From IMG/VR virus record IMGVR_UViG_3300021979_000003, positions 160,001 through 224,000 of that record: DNA of 64,000 nucleotides. One strand, written 5' to 3'. A program made the translations under genes and the position numbers. Position 1 is the stretch's first letter. Every line of letters begins with the position of its first letter. Shown here one piece after another: positions 27,363 to 37,160 of this stretch. Source of the stretch: a virus (lineage: Duplodnaviria; Caudoviricetes). The notes below the pieces were generated by a model. It saw nothing but the letters and a program-made list of their open reading frames with translations, was not told where the DNA came from and searched no databases.

Positions 27363-27704
27363 CTATCGTTTGTAGGAGTTGGCGACCTTTGTAAAGTCTT
27401 CACCGTATAACTTTATACGATTTACTAAAGCTTTATCCGTGGTGAACAATCTCACTCGGTCTTTATCTTTAGTGTTCGTTAAGTAGTATAGGCCCTTTAT
27501 TCGCTTATGTAAAGCCAAATAATCCAAAACTCTCTTACTAAATTTAAATTCGACCTCATAAAACTCGTACATCTTTGAAAGATGACGATAGCCACAGAAC
27601 CTTAACTTACCATCAGAAGGCGTGATATTGTGGAAAATGTCAATTATTTCAAAGTCGTCGTCAAACTTTTCGTTGATGGCGTCTACGATTTCTTGCTTAA
27701 TCAT
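27363..27704 (-). CDS. hypothetical protein
   Basis: 113-aa ORF overlapping its neighbour. Confidence 0.55.
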   Translation of the reverse strand: MIKQEIVDAINEKFDDDFEIIDIFHNITPSDGKLRFCGYRHLSKMYEFYEVEFKFSKRVLDYLALHKRIKGLYYLTNTKDKDRVRLFTTDKALVNRIKLYGEDFTKVANSYKR

Positions 27705-27960
27705 AAACTTTTACTGTGAATTCATCCGTATCAAACAGCTTGTTGAGGCGGGATGCTAGATTGTCTGCATGTGCTTTGCTAGTAAATGCAGTCTTCTTAT
27801 AGGCAGGGCACTTGTCTTGTAGTTTGTTAAAGCTTTTTATGTTGATAGGCTTACCTCTATATACCACCGCATATAGTTCAGCACCCTCTATAATCTGTTC
27901 ACACTTACCATCTTTAGGGTTAACATGCTCTAATAGTACTGTAGGCTTTGGTCTAGACAT
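27697..27960 (-). CDS. conserved jumbo-phage hypothetical protein
   Basis: MSRPKPTVLL...YAVVY.GKPINIK...YKKTAF...HADNLA..LN..F.T..F.V. Confidence 0.7.
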   Translation of the reverse strand: MSRPKPTVLLEHVNPKDGKCEQIIEGAELYAVVYRGKPINIKSFNKLQDKCPAYKKTAFTSKAHADNLASRLNKLFDTDEFTVKVYD

Positions 27961-28009
27961 CGATTTATCCGTTTTTTATTATTGTAATTATATGTATTGT
28001 TAATTATAT

Positions 28010-28240
28010 TTATTTAAATTTTCCGCCATGTAGAACTATTTTTTCATTTTTTGAAGAAATTTTTTCCTCTCTCTCACTAACACCTTGATTTCCTGCACTT
28101 TCTAATTCATCTATCTCAGAAATTAAATCAGAAATATAGTCAATATCTAGCGTTATTGCCCTCGACCCTTTGATTTTCATGGCCGAGAGCTTCTTTTTTA
28201 GGTCAGTAATTCTACTCATATATCTTCCCCAAGAACTCAA
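28010..28240 (-). CDS. hypothetical protein
   Basis: 76-aa ORF in the operon. Confidence 0.5.
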   Translation of the reverse strand: MSSWGRYMSRITDLKKKLSAMKIKGSRAITLDIDYISDLISEIDELESAGNQGVSEREEKISSKNEKIVLHGGKFK

Positions 28241-29207
28241 GATATAGAGCGGGATTATTGCCGATGTTCACAAGATCGTATTTTGAACAGAATTTCATAA
28301 ACTTGAAACCCATATCCGAGTTAGGTATACGCTTTTCCGTTGCGCCATTAATAGATTCTCGAACTTCATCCATAATAAAATCTGGAATCATCTTAAGGTC
28401 TATTAATAGACGGTTAAGCTCATAGACATCCTTGACCTTATGGTTCTGTCCTTTATGATCTTCCCATTCATGGAGCATGACGGTATTCCATTCAAACCCT
28501 TTAGATTTACGATCTTCAAAGCAGTCGATCATACCTACTTTGTTTTTAGTACTTTTTTCTCTAAGTCTAGGGTATGCGGAAGAAATGTTGTCTGACGAAT
28601 CACCCCTGATACATTTTTTAAATAGAATCCACTCAGGATCACCAATTTCCTTTTGCTTTTTAGTCTTACTATCCATGACAGGACGCATACGGTCATCAAA
28701 AATACCTTCAATAGTAATGATATGCCCTTTCATTGCATCATACATTCTCACATTGTGCGTGATAAGTTGATGGAAATCACTGTCAGAAGATACAATGATG
28801 TGTTGTTCATCAGGTCTATCAAGAATGAATGTTGCAATCACATCATCCGCTTCTGCATTCGGTGAAGATATAGCAGGAACATTCGTATACAAGTCAATGT
28901 ACTCAATGAAATCATTAGCTGCTTTTTGAAACTCTTCATCCAGTTCGATTTCAGAAGGCTTTCGCTTTAAACGCTGTGCAACGCGGTTCATTTTATAATC
29001 TGGATACACGTGCTTACGCCAACTTTTTCCCTCTAGTGCAAGAATACAACGATCAGCATCAAATTTTTTCCAAGCAGAACGCATACCTACTAGGATTTGA
29101 TGCATGACCATTCCGATTCTTTCATCATCCGAAGCCCCTTTGATCGTCTGGTGCTTCATTCTATGAAACAAATTATTGAAGTCGATTAGTATATTTGTTT
29201 TACTCAT
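28212..29207 (-). CDS. rnh: RNase H / 5'-3' flap exonuclease, T4 rnh-like
   Basis: ILIDFNN, SWRK.VYPDYK.NR, EADDVIA, IVSSDSDFHQL, GDSSDNI, N..LIDL..IP. Confidence 0.9.
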   Translation of the reverse strand: MSKTNILIDFNNLFHRMKHQTIKGASDDERIGMVMHQILVGMRSAWKKFDADRCILALEGKSWRKHVYPDYKMNRVAQRLKRKPSEIELDEEFQKAANDFIEYIDLYTNVPAISSPNAEADDVIATFILDRPDEQHIIVSSDSDFHQLITHNVRMYDAMKGHIITIEGIFDDRMRPVMDSKTKKQKEIGDPEWILFKKCIRGDSSDNISSAYPRLREKSTKNKVGMIDCFEDRKSKGFEWNTVMLHEWEDHKGQNHKVKDVYELNRLLIDLKMIPDFIMDEVRESINGATEKRIPNSDMGFKFMKFCSKYDLVNIGNNPALYLEFLGKIYE

Positions 29208-30190
29208 TTGTACATTCTACGGTTTCGTGTTTTATTCGCAATGTCTTGTATTTGTTCTGGTGTTAGTTCATCACCATAGTACTCTTCCAGATTATCTCTA
29301 TCAATTTCTAGATGTTGAACTATAGTTCCCTCGGGTTCGGAAGCCACCACGGAGCGAAACGTGTCACCACCATCGTCAACTAACATGGTTGCGGCTAGTG
29401 ACATCAATGCACCTTTTGCCCATTTTTCAACCAGTAGCTCCGAGTATTCTTCTGAATCAGGATCAACATCTTCGTGTTCAGTACCATCTAGGGTTACACC
29501 AAAATCAACAAGCCAGTTAACGAATTCATCATTAAAATCTACTTGTAGTTCAAATGCTTCAGGTCTATTTTCAGACTCATCAATTTTAATTTGATAATTA
29601 AACCACTTTCTGCCTTCTAGTGAGTACAGTGATTTTTCATAATCAAGAAAGCCAATTTCGCCTTTCTTGTACCTTAGCTCAATTATTTCTTTACGTAGTC
29701 TGAACTCTGCATCTTCACGTTCTTCTTTTGAAGTGTCAGGCATAATGGCTTCCAGATGATTCAACTCGTTTGTTTTTAGCTTGATATCAAACTCAATGGA
29801 TTTGTCACTTCTAAATCCATACTGTGTCCTTTCAAACAAAAGGTTTTCACGAACCATTGTGTATTCGTCAATCTCTCCACAGTCCTTTTTAGCCTGCATA
29901 AAGGCTTTGTGTTTTTCAAGCTGTGTTTGTCCAGAACGTTCACCCTTTGCACTGGTTGCTTTAGCAAACTCATACTCTGCTTGATAACGCTTGGCAAAAT
30001 TCTCAGGCATACCGCAAGCCATCATAAGATGTGTAACTGAGCTTTCATGCATTTCGATAAGCGGTGCTTTATCCTGACCAAAGAACACAACCTTCTCAAG
30101 CATTAATTCAAATGCTTTGCGATAAGCCATCTTATCGATGTAGCTGGTCATATTTTTCTTAGCTTTTTTAAGCTTAAATCCTTCAAACAT
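29204..30190 (-). CDS. hypothetical protein in the replication operon
   Basis: 328-aa ORF with GGAG RBS and ATGA overlap. Confidence 0.65.
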   Translation of the reverse strand: MFEGFKLKKAKKNMTSYIDKMAYRKAFELMLEKVVFFGQDKAPLIEMHESSVTHLMMACGMPENFAKRYQAEYEFAKATSAKGERSGQTQLEKHKAFMQAKKDCGEIDEYTMVRENLLFERTQYGFRSDKSIEFDIKLKTNELNHLEAIMPDTSKEEREDAEFRLRKEIIELRYKKGEIGFLDYEKSLYSLEGRKWFNYQIKIDESENRPEAFELQVDFNDEFVNWLVDFGVTLDGTEHEDVDPDSEEYSELLVEKWAKGALMSLAATMLVDDGGDTFRSVVASEPEGTIVQHLEIDRDNLEEYYGDELTPEQIQDIANKTRNRRMYK

Positions 30191-30229
30191 TTTGTTCTCC
30201 TATATCAAAGGGGGTGTTATCCCCCTATA

Positions 30230-31000
30230 TTAAATGCTACTTAGCTGGAATGAGTATACTGCATGATCAGTATCAAGATTGATATTAATCATGGATAGCT
30301 CATCAGAGATATTAAAAGTAACATTTTCAATACTTGGCGCTTGTTTCAAGATCGATAGTACTTGCTTGATCGGCCATGTATTTACAGGGCTGATGTTCTC
30401 GCAGTCTGTTTCGCACACAGGGAAACGTGCTGTGTCATCATCACCAAGGTTCATGTAAAGAACACCTTCATCAATCGAAAAACTAAATTCATTACTAAAC
30501 TTAGCTAGGATCGAAGCAAAAGACTGAAAGTCTTTTAGAAACTGTTCAGATGGTTGGAAACTGATGTCGTATTCCATTTCAGTTCCGCTTGCCAAACGGA
30601 AAGATTTAACTTTTTGCTTTACTGCTTCAGGGTTCATGAAACGATAAGTACATTTATGTCCCTTATCAGAAGCAAACTGAATTTCATTGGGCGACCCACT
30701 AGCTTCTTTGTAGGTTACCTTAAGGCTACTGCCACCTTCTTCGTTAAAGACAGGTGAATTAACATAACCAGAAAGTACGTTTAGACGAGAAAAACCAACA
30801 GTGGTTTTCTTATCATCATCCAATTGCTGATTGAATAGTTCAGGAATTGGATTCTTTAGAGTGGCATTCATGATAATACTTAGGTCTTTTGAAGATGACT
30901 TCACTTTACCATTACCATCTTTATCTACAATCATTTTAAATGCTTCAAATTCACCCAGATCGTGGGTGTATCGAATAACATCTTTAAGAACACTTTGCAT
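30230..31000 (-). CDS. gp45: DNA polymerase sliding clamp, gp45-like
   Basis: 256 aa directly after the polymerase; size, position and beta-rich pattern fit. Confidence 0.65.
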   Translation of the reverse strand: MQSVLKDVIRYTHDLGEFEAFKMIVDKDGNGKVKSSSKDLSIIMNATLKNPIPELFNQQLDDDKKTTVGFSRLNVLSGYVNSPVFNEEGGSSLKVTYKEASGSPNEIQFASDKGHKCTYRFMNPEAVKQKVKSFRLASGTEMEYDISFQPSEQFLKDFQSFASILAKFSNEFSFSIDEGVLYMNLGDDDTARFPVCETDCENISPVNTWPIKQVLSILKQAPSIENVTFNISDELSMININLDTDHAVYSFQLSSI

Positions 31001-31062
31001 ATTTTTTACCTCATAATTTCAATATATGACCAGTTTACCACTGATCGTTATAGCGTCAATAG

Positions 31063-33852
31063 TTAAAAGAATTCATCTTCGTCATCGTCCATAATGAACG
31101 TATTAGTGAACTTAGTACCTTTACGAATAAGGTTCACATCCCAACCTAGAACACCAAATATAGTAATAATTGGCTTGTAGTAGATTGTTTCAAGCATTGT
31201 TTCCGAATCAAATGGCATTGCTTTGAACCATTCTGGAAACTTTGTTTGGTCTGTCAAATAAGATATGTTCTTGTATCCAAAATCATTTGTCTTTAGCTTA
31301 CAAGTTACTACCTTAGATTGATTGCCAATGCGTTCAATATGTTGCTCATTATGAATATCAAGTTGCTCATTCCATGCGATTGCTCCCGATATAGCACCCG
31401 GAATAGCTGGTTTCTTATCAATCTGACCATTTTGATATTTGTAATGTAGATCAGTGTAATGTGAAACCGCATTCGCACCACTTGGTCTACCTAATACCCA
31501 TGGTTCTTTATTAGCAAGATCGTCTTTAAACTTAGTAAAATAGTTGACAACCTCATCTTCTGACGTACCATTCAACAACATATCCATGCCTTCTTTAAGA
31601 CAATCTTGGATCATCTTTGGTGTATCAGAACGCTTGATCTGTAGACCCATGATCTTAAGCTTACCATTCTTTCCATTCTTATCAAGACGAATACCGTCTT
31701 TATCAAATAGATTCATGGCATAACGCTTTTTCTTGATAAACAGTGAGTAGCTTGCAAGGTTTTCACGTCCAGCTTTTATAATAGAACCATTCTCAATTCC
31801 AGTGTTAAAGCGTTGATCCATAAATGATGGGAAACTACTGTTTGTTTTATCAGAAATAGCATTATAAATTTCTACTGCTAAGTCACGATCCTCAAACATA
31901 GCATTAGCCATAGCTTTTTTCTCGGAATCACCAGAAGCCATATATGCTTCATACACTGAGAAATAACTACTATCGGTATCACCGTATACGATAGTATCAC
32001 CAAGATGGTTGTAATCACCACATACTTGCTCATTAATATGTGAACTCATATGCCTTGTGATACTTCTACCAGTTAACGTAGTAGACTGACCAATACGCTT
32101 ATCGTAGAATCTACAATGTTGGTTTAGAAGTGCACCATACAATGCGTTCAGGTTAATCTTCTTAGCCATCTGGCGTTGATCCCAATACTTATAGTTTTTG
32201 GTAGCTTCAGCTTTCTTCTCAGGATCAGTTTCGTTAACCATAAGGTTTTCCCACTTCTCAGCTTCTGCTTGCATCTTCTTACGTTCAGAATACCAACGTT
32301 CAAGCAGTGCCGGGATAACACCTTTCTTTTCTCTACTAAAGACAGTTCCATTAGCACTTATACTAAACTTCTCATCATCGTAGATCATTTCTTTAATTTT
32401 ATAGGCAGGTGCTGTTATCTTTTCATCTGAACGATTAAACTCAAATGTAACATCCTCATCAGTACCGTTATATACTCTATCAAACTCAAAAGTATTGAAG
32501 AATGGTTGCCATGCTTCAGCAAATGATTCTGCTTCACCACTGTTCACCTTTTCAATAATATGATTTTCAGTCTCATCGCTATTGATGTGTCCTATAAGTG
32601 TTTCAGGACTCATGTTCAATGCACGAATCGTACTTGGATATAGTGAGTTGATATCGTTACCTGCTACGAGCTTTCTTATACCCACTTTAGGTGGAGATAC
32701 GAATGCACCAGCCGCGCCAGATTCATTTTCATCTTTCTTTGGCTTAGATGGGAAGATAAGCTCTTCTTCACTAAAGTAATGTCCTTGGTTAATAATGGCC
32801 TGTTCAGTAATACCTACAGTTCCTAACGTAGTTTCTAATAGAACACCGTTGTTGTGTGCTAGTAGATTGGTTAGATCAATGAATTTCTTTTCATCATCAA
32901 TACGCTTTACAAGATAGGTATCTTTAATGTTGTATCGAACAAACTTTTCAAAGTCTTGCTTGTATAACTGATCTAGTGTACCGGGATATTCAACCTTTCT
33001 CTCATCAAGTTCAATATATGCAACATGGTCCAACTTATAAGTTGGTAATTCAATATATGTATATTTTTTGTACAGATTCATGTAATCCAGATGAACACGA
33101 CCAATAGGCGAGAACACTTCCTCGAATTGCTTAGTCTTTGGATTCATCAATGTCTTTGAGGAAGGCTTTTTACCACCAACACACATTTCGCGTAAGTAGT
33201 GCTGACCGATCACTTTAGATATACGGTTATATAGATACTTGAAGTCGTATGACTCTGAGTTCCAACCAGATATGACATCACTGTCTTCAATTAATAGTAA
33301 AAAGCACTTCAATAACTCTGCTTCACTATTAACCATGACACATTTTACTTCGTACTCGCTGTCTTCTTCTTCGATTTTTGAGCAGATAGCCTCGCACTCA
33401 CTCATGGTCATAGTGGGTGGTGGTAGTGCAATCATGTACATGATGTTAGACCAGTTCTGATATACGGCTACTGATATAACTTCATTTTCTGCATCGTCTG
33501 GATTTGAATAACGCGTATCTTCGTGGAACGCAACCTCAATATCGTAGAACGCAGTGTTAATATTAGGGACTGCATCAAACTCATAGTTTTTACTTAGGTA
33601 TCTAAAAATAGGGTTTACGTCATGCTCATAAATAACATCACTAGGATATTGGCGCATTGCTGCGTAAAATTCTTTGCGGTTATCATATACGTGTTTACTA
33701 CACTTGTCTCCAAATATGGTTGTATAATCACCATATTGATCGAGCGTATAGAACACATATTCTATGTTGTCTCTTTTTATAATTCTTTCACCATCCACAC
33801 GTTCAATGATTACAATTTCATCATCGTCTGTGAATGCGCTTACATATGACAT
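31063..33852 (-). CDS. gp43: family B DNA polymerase with 3'-5' exonuclease
   Basis: YDIEV, GWNSESYD, YNIKD (Exo I-III); DINSLYPS, KINLNALYG, YGDTDS, KKRYA; uninterrupted 929 aa. Confidence 0.97.
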   Translation of the reverse strand: MSYVSAFTDDDEIVIIERVDGERIIKRDNIEYVFYTLDQYGDYTTIFGDKCSKHVYDNRKEFYAAMRQYPSDVIYEHDVNPIFRYLSKNYEFDAVPNINTAFYDIEVAFHEDTRYSNPDDAENEVISVAVYQNWSNIMYMIALPPPTMTMSECEAICSKIEEEDSEYEVKCVMVNSEAELLKCFLLLIEDSDVISGWNSESYDFKYLYNRISKVIGQHYLREMCVGGKKPSSKTLMNPKTKQFEEVFSPIGRVHLDYMNLYKKYTYIELPTYKLDHVAYIELDERKVEYPGTLDQLYKQDFEKFVRYNIKDTYLVKRIDDEKKFIDLTNLLAHNNGVLLETTLGTVGITEQAIINQGHYFSEEELIFPSKPKKDENESGAAGAFVSPPKVGIRKLVAGNDINSLYPSTIRALNMSPETLIGHINSDETENHIIEKVNSGEAESFAEAWQPFFNTFEFDRVYNGTDEDVTFEFNRSDEKITAPAYKIKEMIYDDEKFSISANGTVFSREKKGVIPALLERWYSERKKMQAEAEKWENLMVNETDPEKKAEATKNYKYWDQRQMAKKINLNALYGALLNQHCRFYDKRIGQSTTLTGRSITRHMSSHINEQVCGDYNHLGDTIVYGDTDSSYFSVYEAYMASGDSEKKAMANAMFEDRDLAVEIYNAISDKTNSSFPSFMDQRFNTGIENGSIIKAGRENLASYSLFIKKKRYAMNLFDKDGIRLDKNGKNGKLKIMGLQIKRSDTPKMIQDCLKEGMDMLLNGTSEDEVVNYFTKFKDDLANKEPWVLGRPSGANAVSHYTDLHYKYQNGQIDKKPAIPGAISGAIAWNEQLDIHNEQHIERIGNQSKVVTCKLKTNDFGYKNISYLTDQTKFPEWFKAMPFDSETMLETIYYKPIITIFGVLGWDVNLIRKGTKFTNTFIMDDDEDEFF

Positions 33853-33875
33853 TAAATTTTATACCTCCATAAATT

Positions 33876-33901
33876 AAATAAGGCTCTTAGGAGCCTTATT
33901 T
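33876..33901 (-). terminator. terminator hairpin
   Basis: AAATAAGGCTC-TTAG-GAGCCTTATTT. Confidence 0.75.
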
Positions 33902-33919
33902 ATTAATCACCAAGTTCGA

Positions 33920-34177
33920 TTATGCAGTACGGCCAATCTTGCGTAGAGCTTCAGAAACTGCTTCAAACTCTTCTTCTTCGTCTGCGTAGTTCATGTTCTT
34001 AGCAATGGTGATTACCTTGCGAATTACTTTTGGTTTAACGTCAAACTCTTCAGCTAGTGCTTTGATAGCTTCGTTGAGGCCATCGCGCTCTAGTTTGATT
34101 TTCTCATGAATGCGAACACCTTCGCTTACTAGGGAATCGAGCTTACGTACTTGATCTGGGTTAAGATTATCTAGCAT
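33920..34177 (-). CDS. dsbA: small dsDNA-binding protein, T4 DsbA/GapR-like
   Basis: 85 aa, ..IK.LAEEFDVKPKVIRKVI..A helical pattern; strongly biased codons. Confidence 0.6.
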   Translation of the reverse strand: MLDNLNPDQVRKLDSLVSEGVRIHEKIKLERDGLNEAIKALAEEFDVKPKVIRKVITIAKNMNYADEEEEFEAVSEALRKIGRTA

Positions 34178-34292
34178 TGTTTTTCTCCTTCTACGTTATT
34201 AACAATGATGGGTCTATTCAACCACACTTATGAAATCTGTCAAGAACAAAAATGTCGTTCGATCAATAAATATCCAAAAAGGGAGATAAATT

Positions 34293-34865
34293 ATGATTCT
34301 TGAAAATGACAAATCACTAGTAATAGTGACAAACCTTAAGTTTATATTAGAGCGACTTCGCGTTGTGTCAAGACTTTTTATGGTCGGATACATGATTGCG
34401 CTCTATCAAGCCATACAATGGGTTTATGGATTACCTGATATATCAGGTGCACAATCCGCTATACTATCCTCACTGGCTGCTATAGCGTCCATACTGACTA
34501 AGTTTTACGTCGATACGGGTAGGAATCTATATGATGACTATGAAGATATCAAATATGCAAACAAGATGGTTATGTATATAGACAAGGTAGGATATATAAT
34601 CGATAAGTTCCGGTTATTCCCATTAGTCTTTACGCTGTTCTACTTATTCTTCTGGTATGATGTATTCATATGGGCAATGAGTGTTGAAGTTCTATCCAAT
34701 GCACAAGCAACATTTGTAAGCATATATTCTGGTATCGCGTCAGTTGTTCTAGGTTTGTTTATTACATCTGGTGATGTGAGTCTAAATCTTGAGAAGAACT
34801 TTTTGAAAAGATTCTCATCTAACGAGGATTTAGAAGATTCTGAAGACGAAAAGAAACCTAGTTAA
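34293..34865 (+). CDS. membrane protein with two tandem 2-TM repeats (holin-like)
   Basis: Two copies of (E/D)(R/K)(L/F)R...Y......W....S.AQ.....IAS...TG/SG; AATAAATA at 34265-34272. Confidence 0.7.
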   Translation: MILENDKSLVIVTNLKFILERLRVVSRLFMVGYMIALYQAIQWVYGLPDISGAQSAILSSLAAIASILTKFYVDTGRNLYDDYEDIKYANKMVMYIDKVGYIIDKFRLFPLVFTLFYLFFWYDVFIWAMSVEVLSNAQATFVSIYSGIASVVLGLFITSGDVSLNLEKNFLKRFSSNEDLEDSEDEKKPS

Positions 34866-34898
34866 CAATAAATATATCTATAACATAGGATAAAATTT

Positions 34899-35213
34899 AT
34901 GATAGGTTTCGTAGAAGTCGAGATTTCTAAGATTAAGAAGGCTTATGGCCTTCTTAAAAACGATTTGAAAAATCAATCGTCACCAAGTATTGATAGCAAG
35001 ATAAAGAATCTGTCTAGTATCATCAATCACGATGCTGGTAAAAACAGGTTGTTTTCACATAAAGAAAAATTAAAAGTAAAAGCGTTACTTCATGAGTTAG
35101 TGTACTCATCATACGTTTCAAACTCATCAGTAATGCTATTGAGAATTGAAGTGGCTAGCTTGATCCAAGATATCATCAGTCTACATGAAGATCATATAAA
35201 GGATGTAGAATGA
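34899..35213 (+). CDS. hypothetical protein
   Basis: 104-aa ORF after AATAAATA (34867-34874). Confidence 0.55.
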   Translation: MIGFVEVEISKIKKAYGLLKNDLKNQSSPSIDSKIKNLSSIINHDAGKNRLFSHKEKLKVKALLHELVYSSYVSNSSVMLLRIEVASLIQDIISLHEDHIKDVE

Positions 35214-37135
35214 ACATTACAAAAATTATAAAGAAAAACGAAGACGAAGTACGTAAAGTCATAACAGATGCTAATCTAAGCAAAGACTTTGAAGAAGCGG
35301 CTGAACTTTACTACCAAGCTTCTGCATTAGCCAAACGCGCTGAAAGCGTTAAGTCCGGTATTGACGAAAGCATCATAAAAACTGTAAAAGGTTATTTCAA
35401 TGCATCTGACCAGACCATTGCTAAGTCTTTACAGGTCGGTGGTCTACTTGTTAAAGTAGGAAAAGATTCTCAACGTTCATATACAAATTATGATACAGAA
35501 AAGGTGTTGGCTGATGTTAAAGAAGCGCTACCTAAGCTTACTGATGTCATTGACGACATATACAAGAAACATTTAGAACTGAACAAAAGCCCCACATCCC
35601 CACGTCTATACGTGTTTAAGAGAGACGAAGAAGAATATTATAGAAATATAATTGATGGCAACTATAATGAATCGGTAGGTTCTGGTGTAATCGGCAAGCT
35701 AATGTCAAAGTTAGGTGATGCACTAAAGCGCCATCTTTATAGATTTATAAAGAATCAAAAAGTTACTGCGTTCGAAATAGTAGACAGTTTGTATGCACTC
35801 ACAGAATCAAAGAAATATTATAAGGGTTTAGATTCAGAAACCAAACAAAAGCGTGAAAAGCACTTTGATAAACATGCTGATATGGATGATGGTGATGACG
35901 ATGCATATAAACCAGCACCGGGAGATAAGGATGCTGAAACCAAACCTTCAAAGCATACCAATAAATATCAAGACATGTATGGTGAAAGTGAACTAAGTGA
36001 AGACAGTAGTTCAGAAAGGGCTATTAAGAATAAGTCTGAAGAAACCGGTATTGCATACGGGATACTAAAACAGGTCTATAACCGTGGTATGGCGGCATGG
36101 AAATCTGGTCACAGACCGGGAACCACGCCCCATCAATGGGCACTGGCACGAATTAACTCGTTTGCAACGGGTGGTAAGACACGTTATACCGCAGATGCAG
36201 ACTTATGGAAGAAACATAAAAAGAAAAACAAATCAAGGGTACACACAATGGAAGATCAAAAAGAAAGATCAAATCTGATCGAAGTATTAAAAGAAAAGAA
36301 AAATGAAGTTTCTGCATGTATGAATGAAGGGGTTGAAAACGAACATCTTCAAGAACTTTTAAATGAGTACATCGTAGCAAATGATATTGCTCAAACTGCG
36401 ACTAGTGTGAAATCTGAAATGTCTCAGACCATCAAAGAAGAAGCCACTAATCTTTTTGATGTACAAGAATCTATTCTACACAAGTTCCTTGAAGTTGGAG
36501 ATTATGTAGTTGCAGTATGTGCAGAAGGTGAGCGTACAAACAATAAGAAAGCACTAGAAGGTTTCATTAAAGAGCTTTCTGAAACTGTTCCTGAATACGT
36601 TGATATTATTGAAAACATCATGAAGGTCAACACTGACATTAGTAAAGTTGATGTTAAGCCACGCACTAGTGTTAAAAATGTTGATGAAAGCTTAGTTGAA
36701 TCTATCGAGCAAATGGCAGAAGCTTTTGACAAAGTTTCAAAATACGTCAATTCACTAACACGTGTTTTCTCAAAGTATCTACCTAAAGTATCGAAGCATA
36801 ATGAGAAACTTAAAGGGTACGTAAACAATCTTTATGAAGAAATTATAGTAGAAGAATCTGTGAAAGGTGATCACTACTGCATTATCCAGCCTAAGTTTGC
36901 TATCTTTGGTGTTGGACGTACTGAAGATGAAGCATGGAAAGATGCCGAAGAGTGGGCCGATACAACAGATGAAAACTGGAAAAATTCTTTTGAAGTAAAA
37001 CCATGTACTAAGGCAGTTTACGATTATGTGAACTCTAATGGTACTCCTGATGAATGGGAAGAAAAAGAAGGTGTTGTAGCAATGCCTGAAGAAATCTCAG
37101 AAATGAAAGAAAAGATTCAGGAATCAGTAATTTAA
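35210..37135 (+). CDS. modular probable internal head protein with duplicated domain and a GHRPG-motif domain
   Basis: PGDKDAETKPSKHT and GI.YGILKQVYNRGMAAWKSGHRPGTTPHQWALARINSF motifs; internal duplication; many xxES sites. Confidence 0.7.
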   Translation: MNITKIIKKNEDEVRKVITDANLSKDFEEAAELYYQASALAKRAESVKSGIDESIIKTVKGYFNASDQTIAKSLQVGGLLVKVGKDSQRSYTNYDTEKVLADVKEALPKLTDVIDDIYKKHLELNKSPTSPRLYVFKRDEEEYYRNIIDGNYNESVGSGVIGKLMSKLGDALKRHLYRFIKNQKVTAFEIVDSLYALTESKKYYKGLDSETKQKREKHFDKHADMDDGDDDAYKPAPGDKDAETKPSKHTNKYQDMYGESELSEDSSSERAIKNKSEETGIAYGILKQVYNRGMAAWKSGHRPGTTPHQWALARINSFATGGKTRYTADADLWKKHKKKNKSRVHTMEDQKERSNLIEVLKEKKNEVSACMNEGVENEHLQELLNEYIVANDIAQTATSVKSEMSQTIKEEATNLFDVQESILHKFLEVGDYVVAVCAEGERTNNKKALEGFIKELSETVPEYVDIIENIMKVNTDISKVDVKPRTSVKNVDESLVESIEQMAEAFDKVSKYVNSLTRVFSKYLPKVSKHNEKLKGYVNNLYEEIIVEESVKGDHYCIIQPKFAIFGVGRTEDEAWKDAEEWADTTDENWKNSFEVKPCTKAVYDYVNSNGTPDEWEEKEGVVAMPEEISEMKEKIQESVI

Positions 37136-37160
37136 AAAGAGGGCTTTAAGCCCTCTTTTT
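37134..37160. terminator. bidirectional intrinsic terminator
   Basis: AAAAAGAGGGCT-TA-AGCCCTCTTTTT between convergent genes. Confidence 0.85.
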
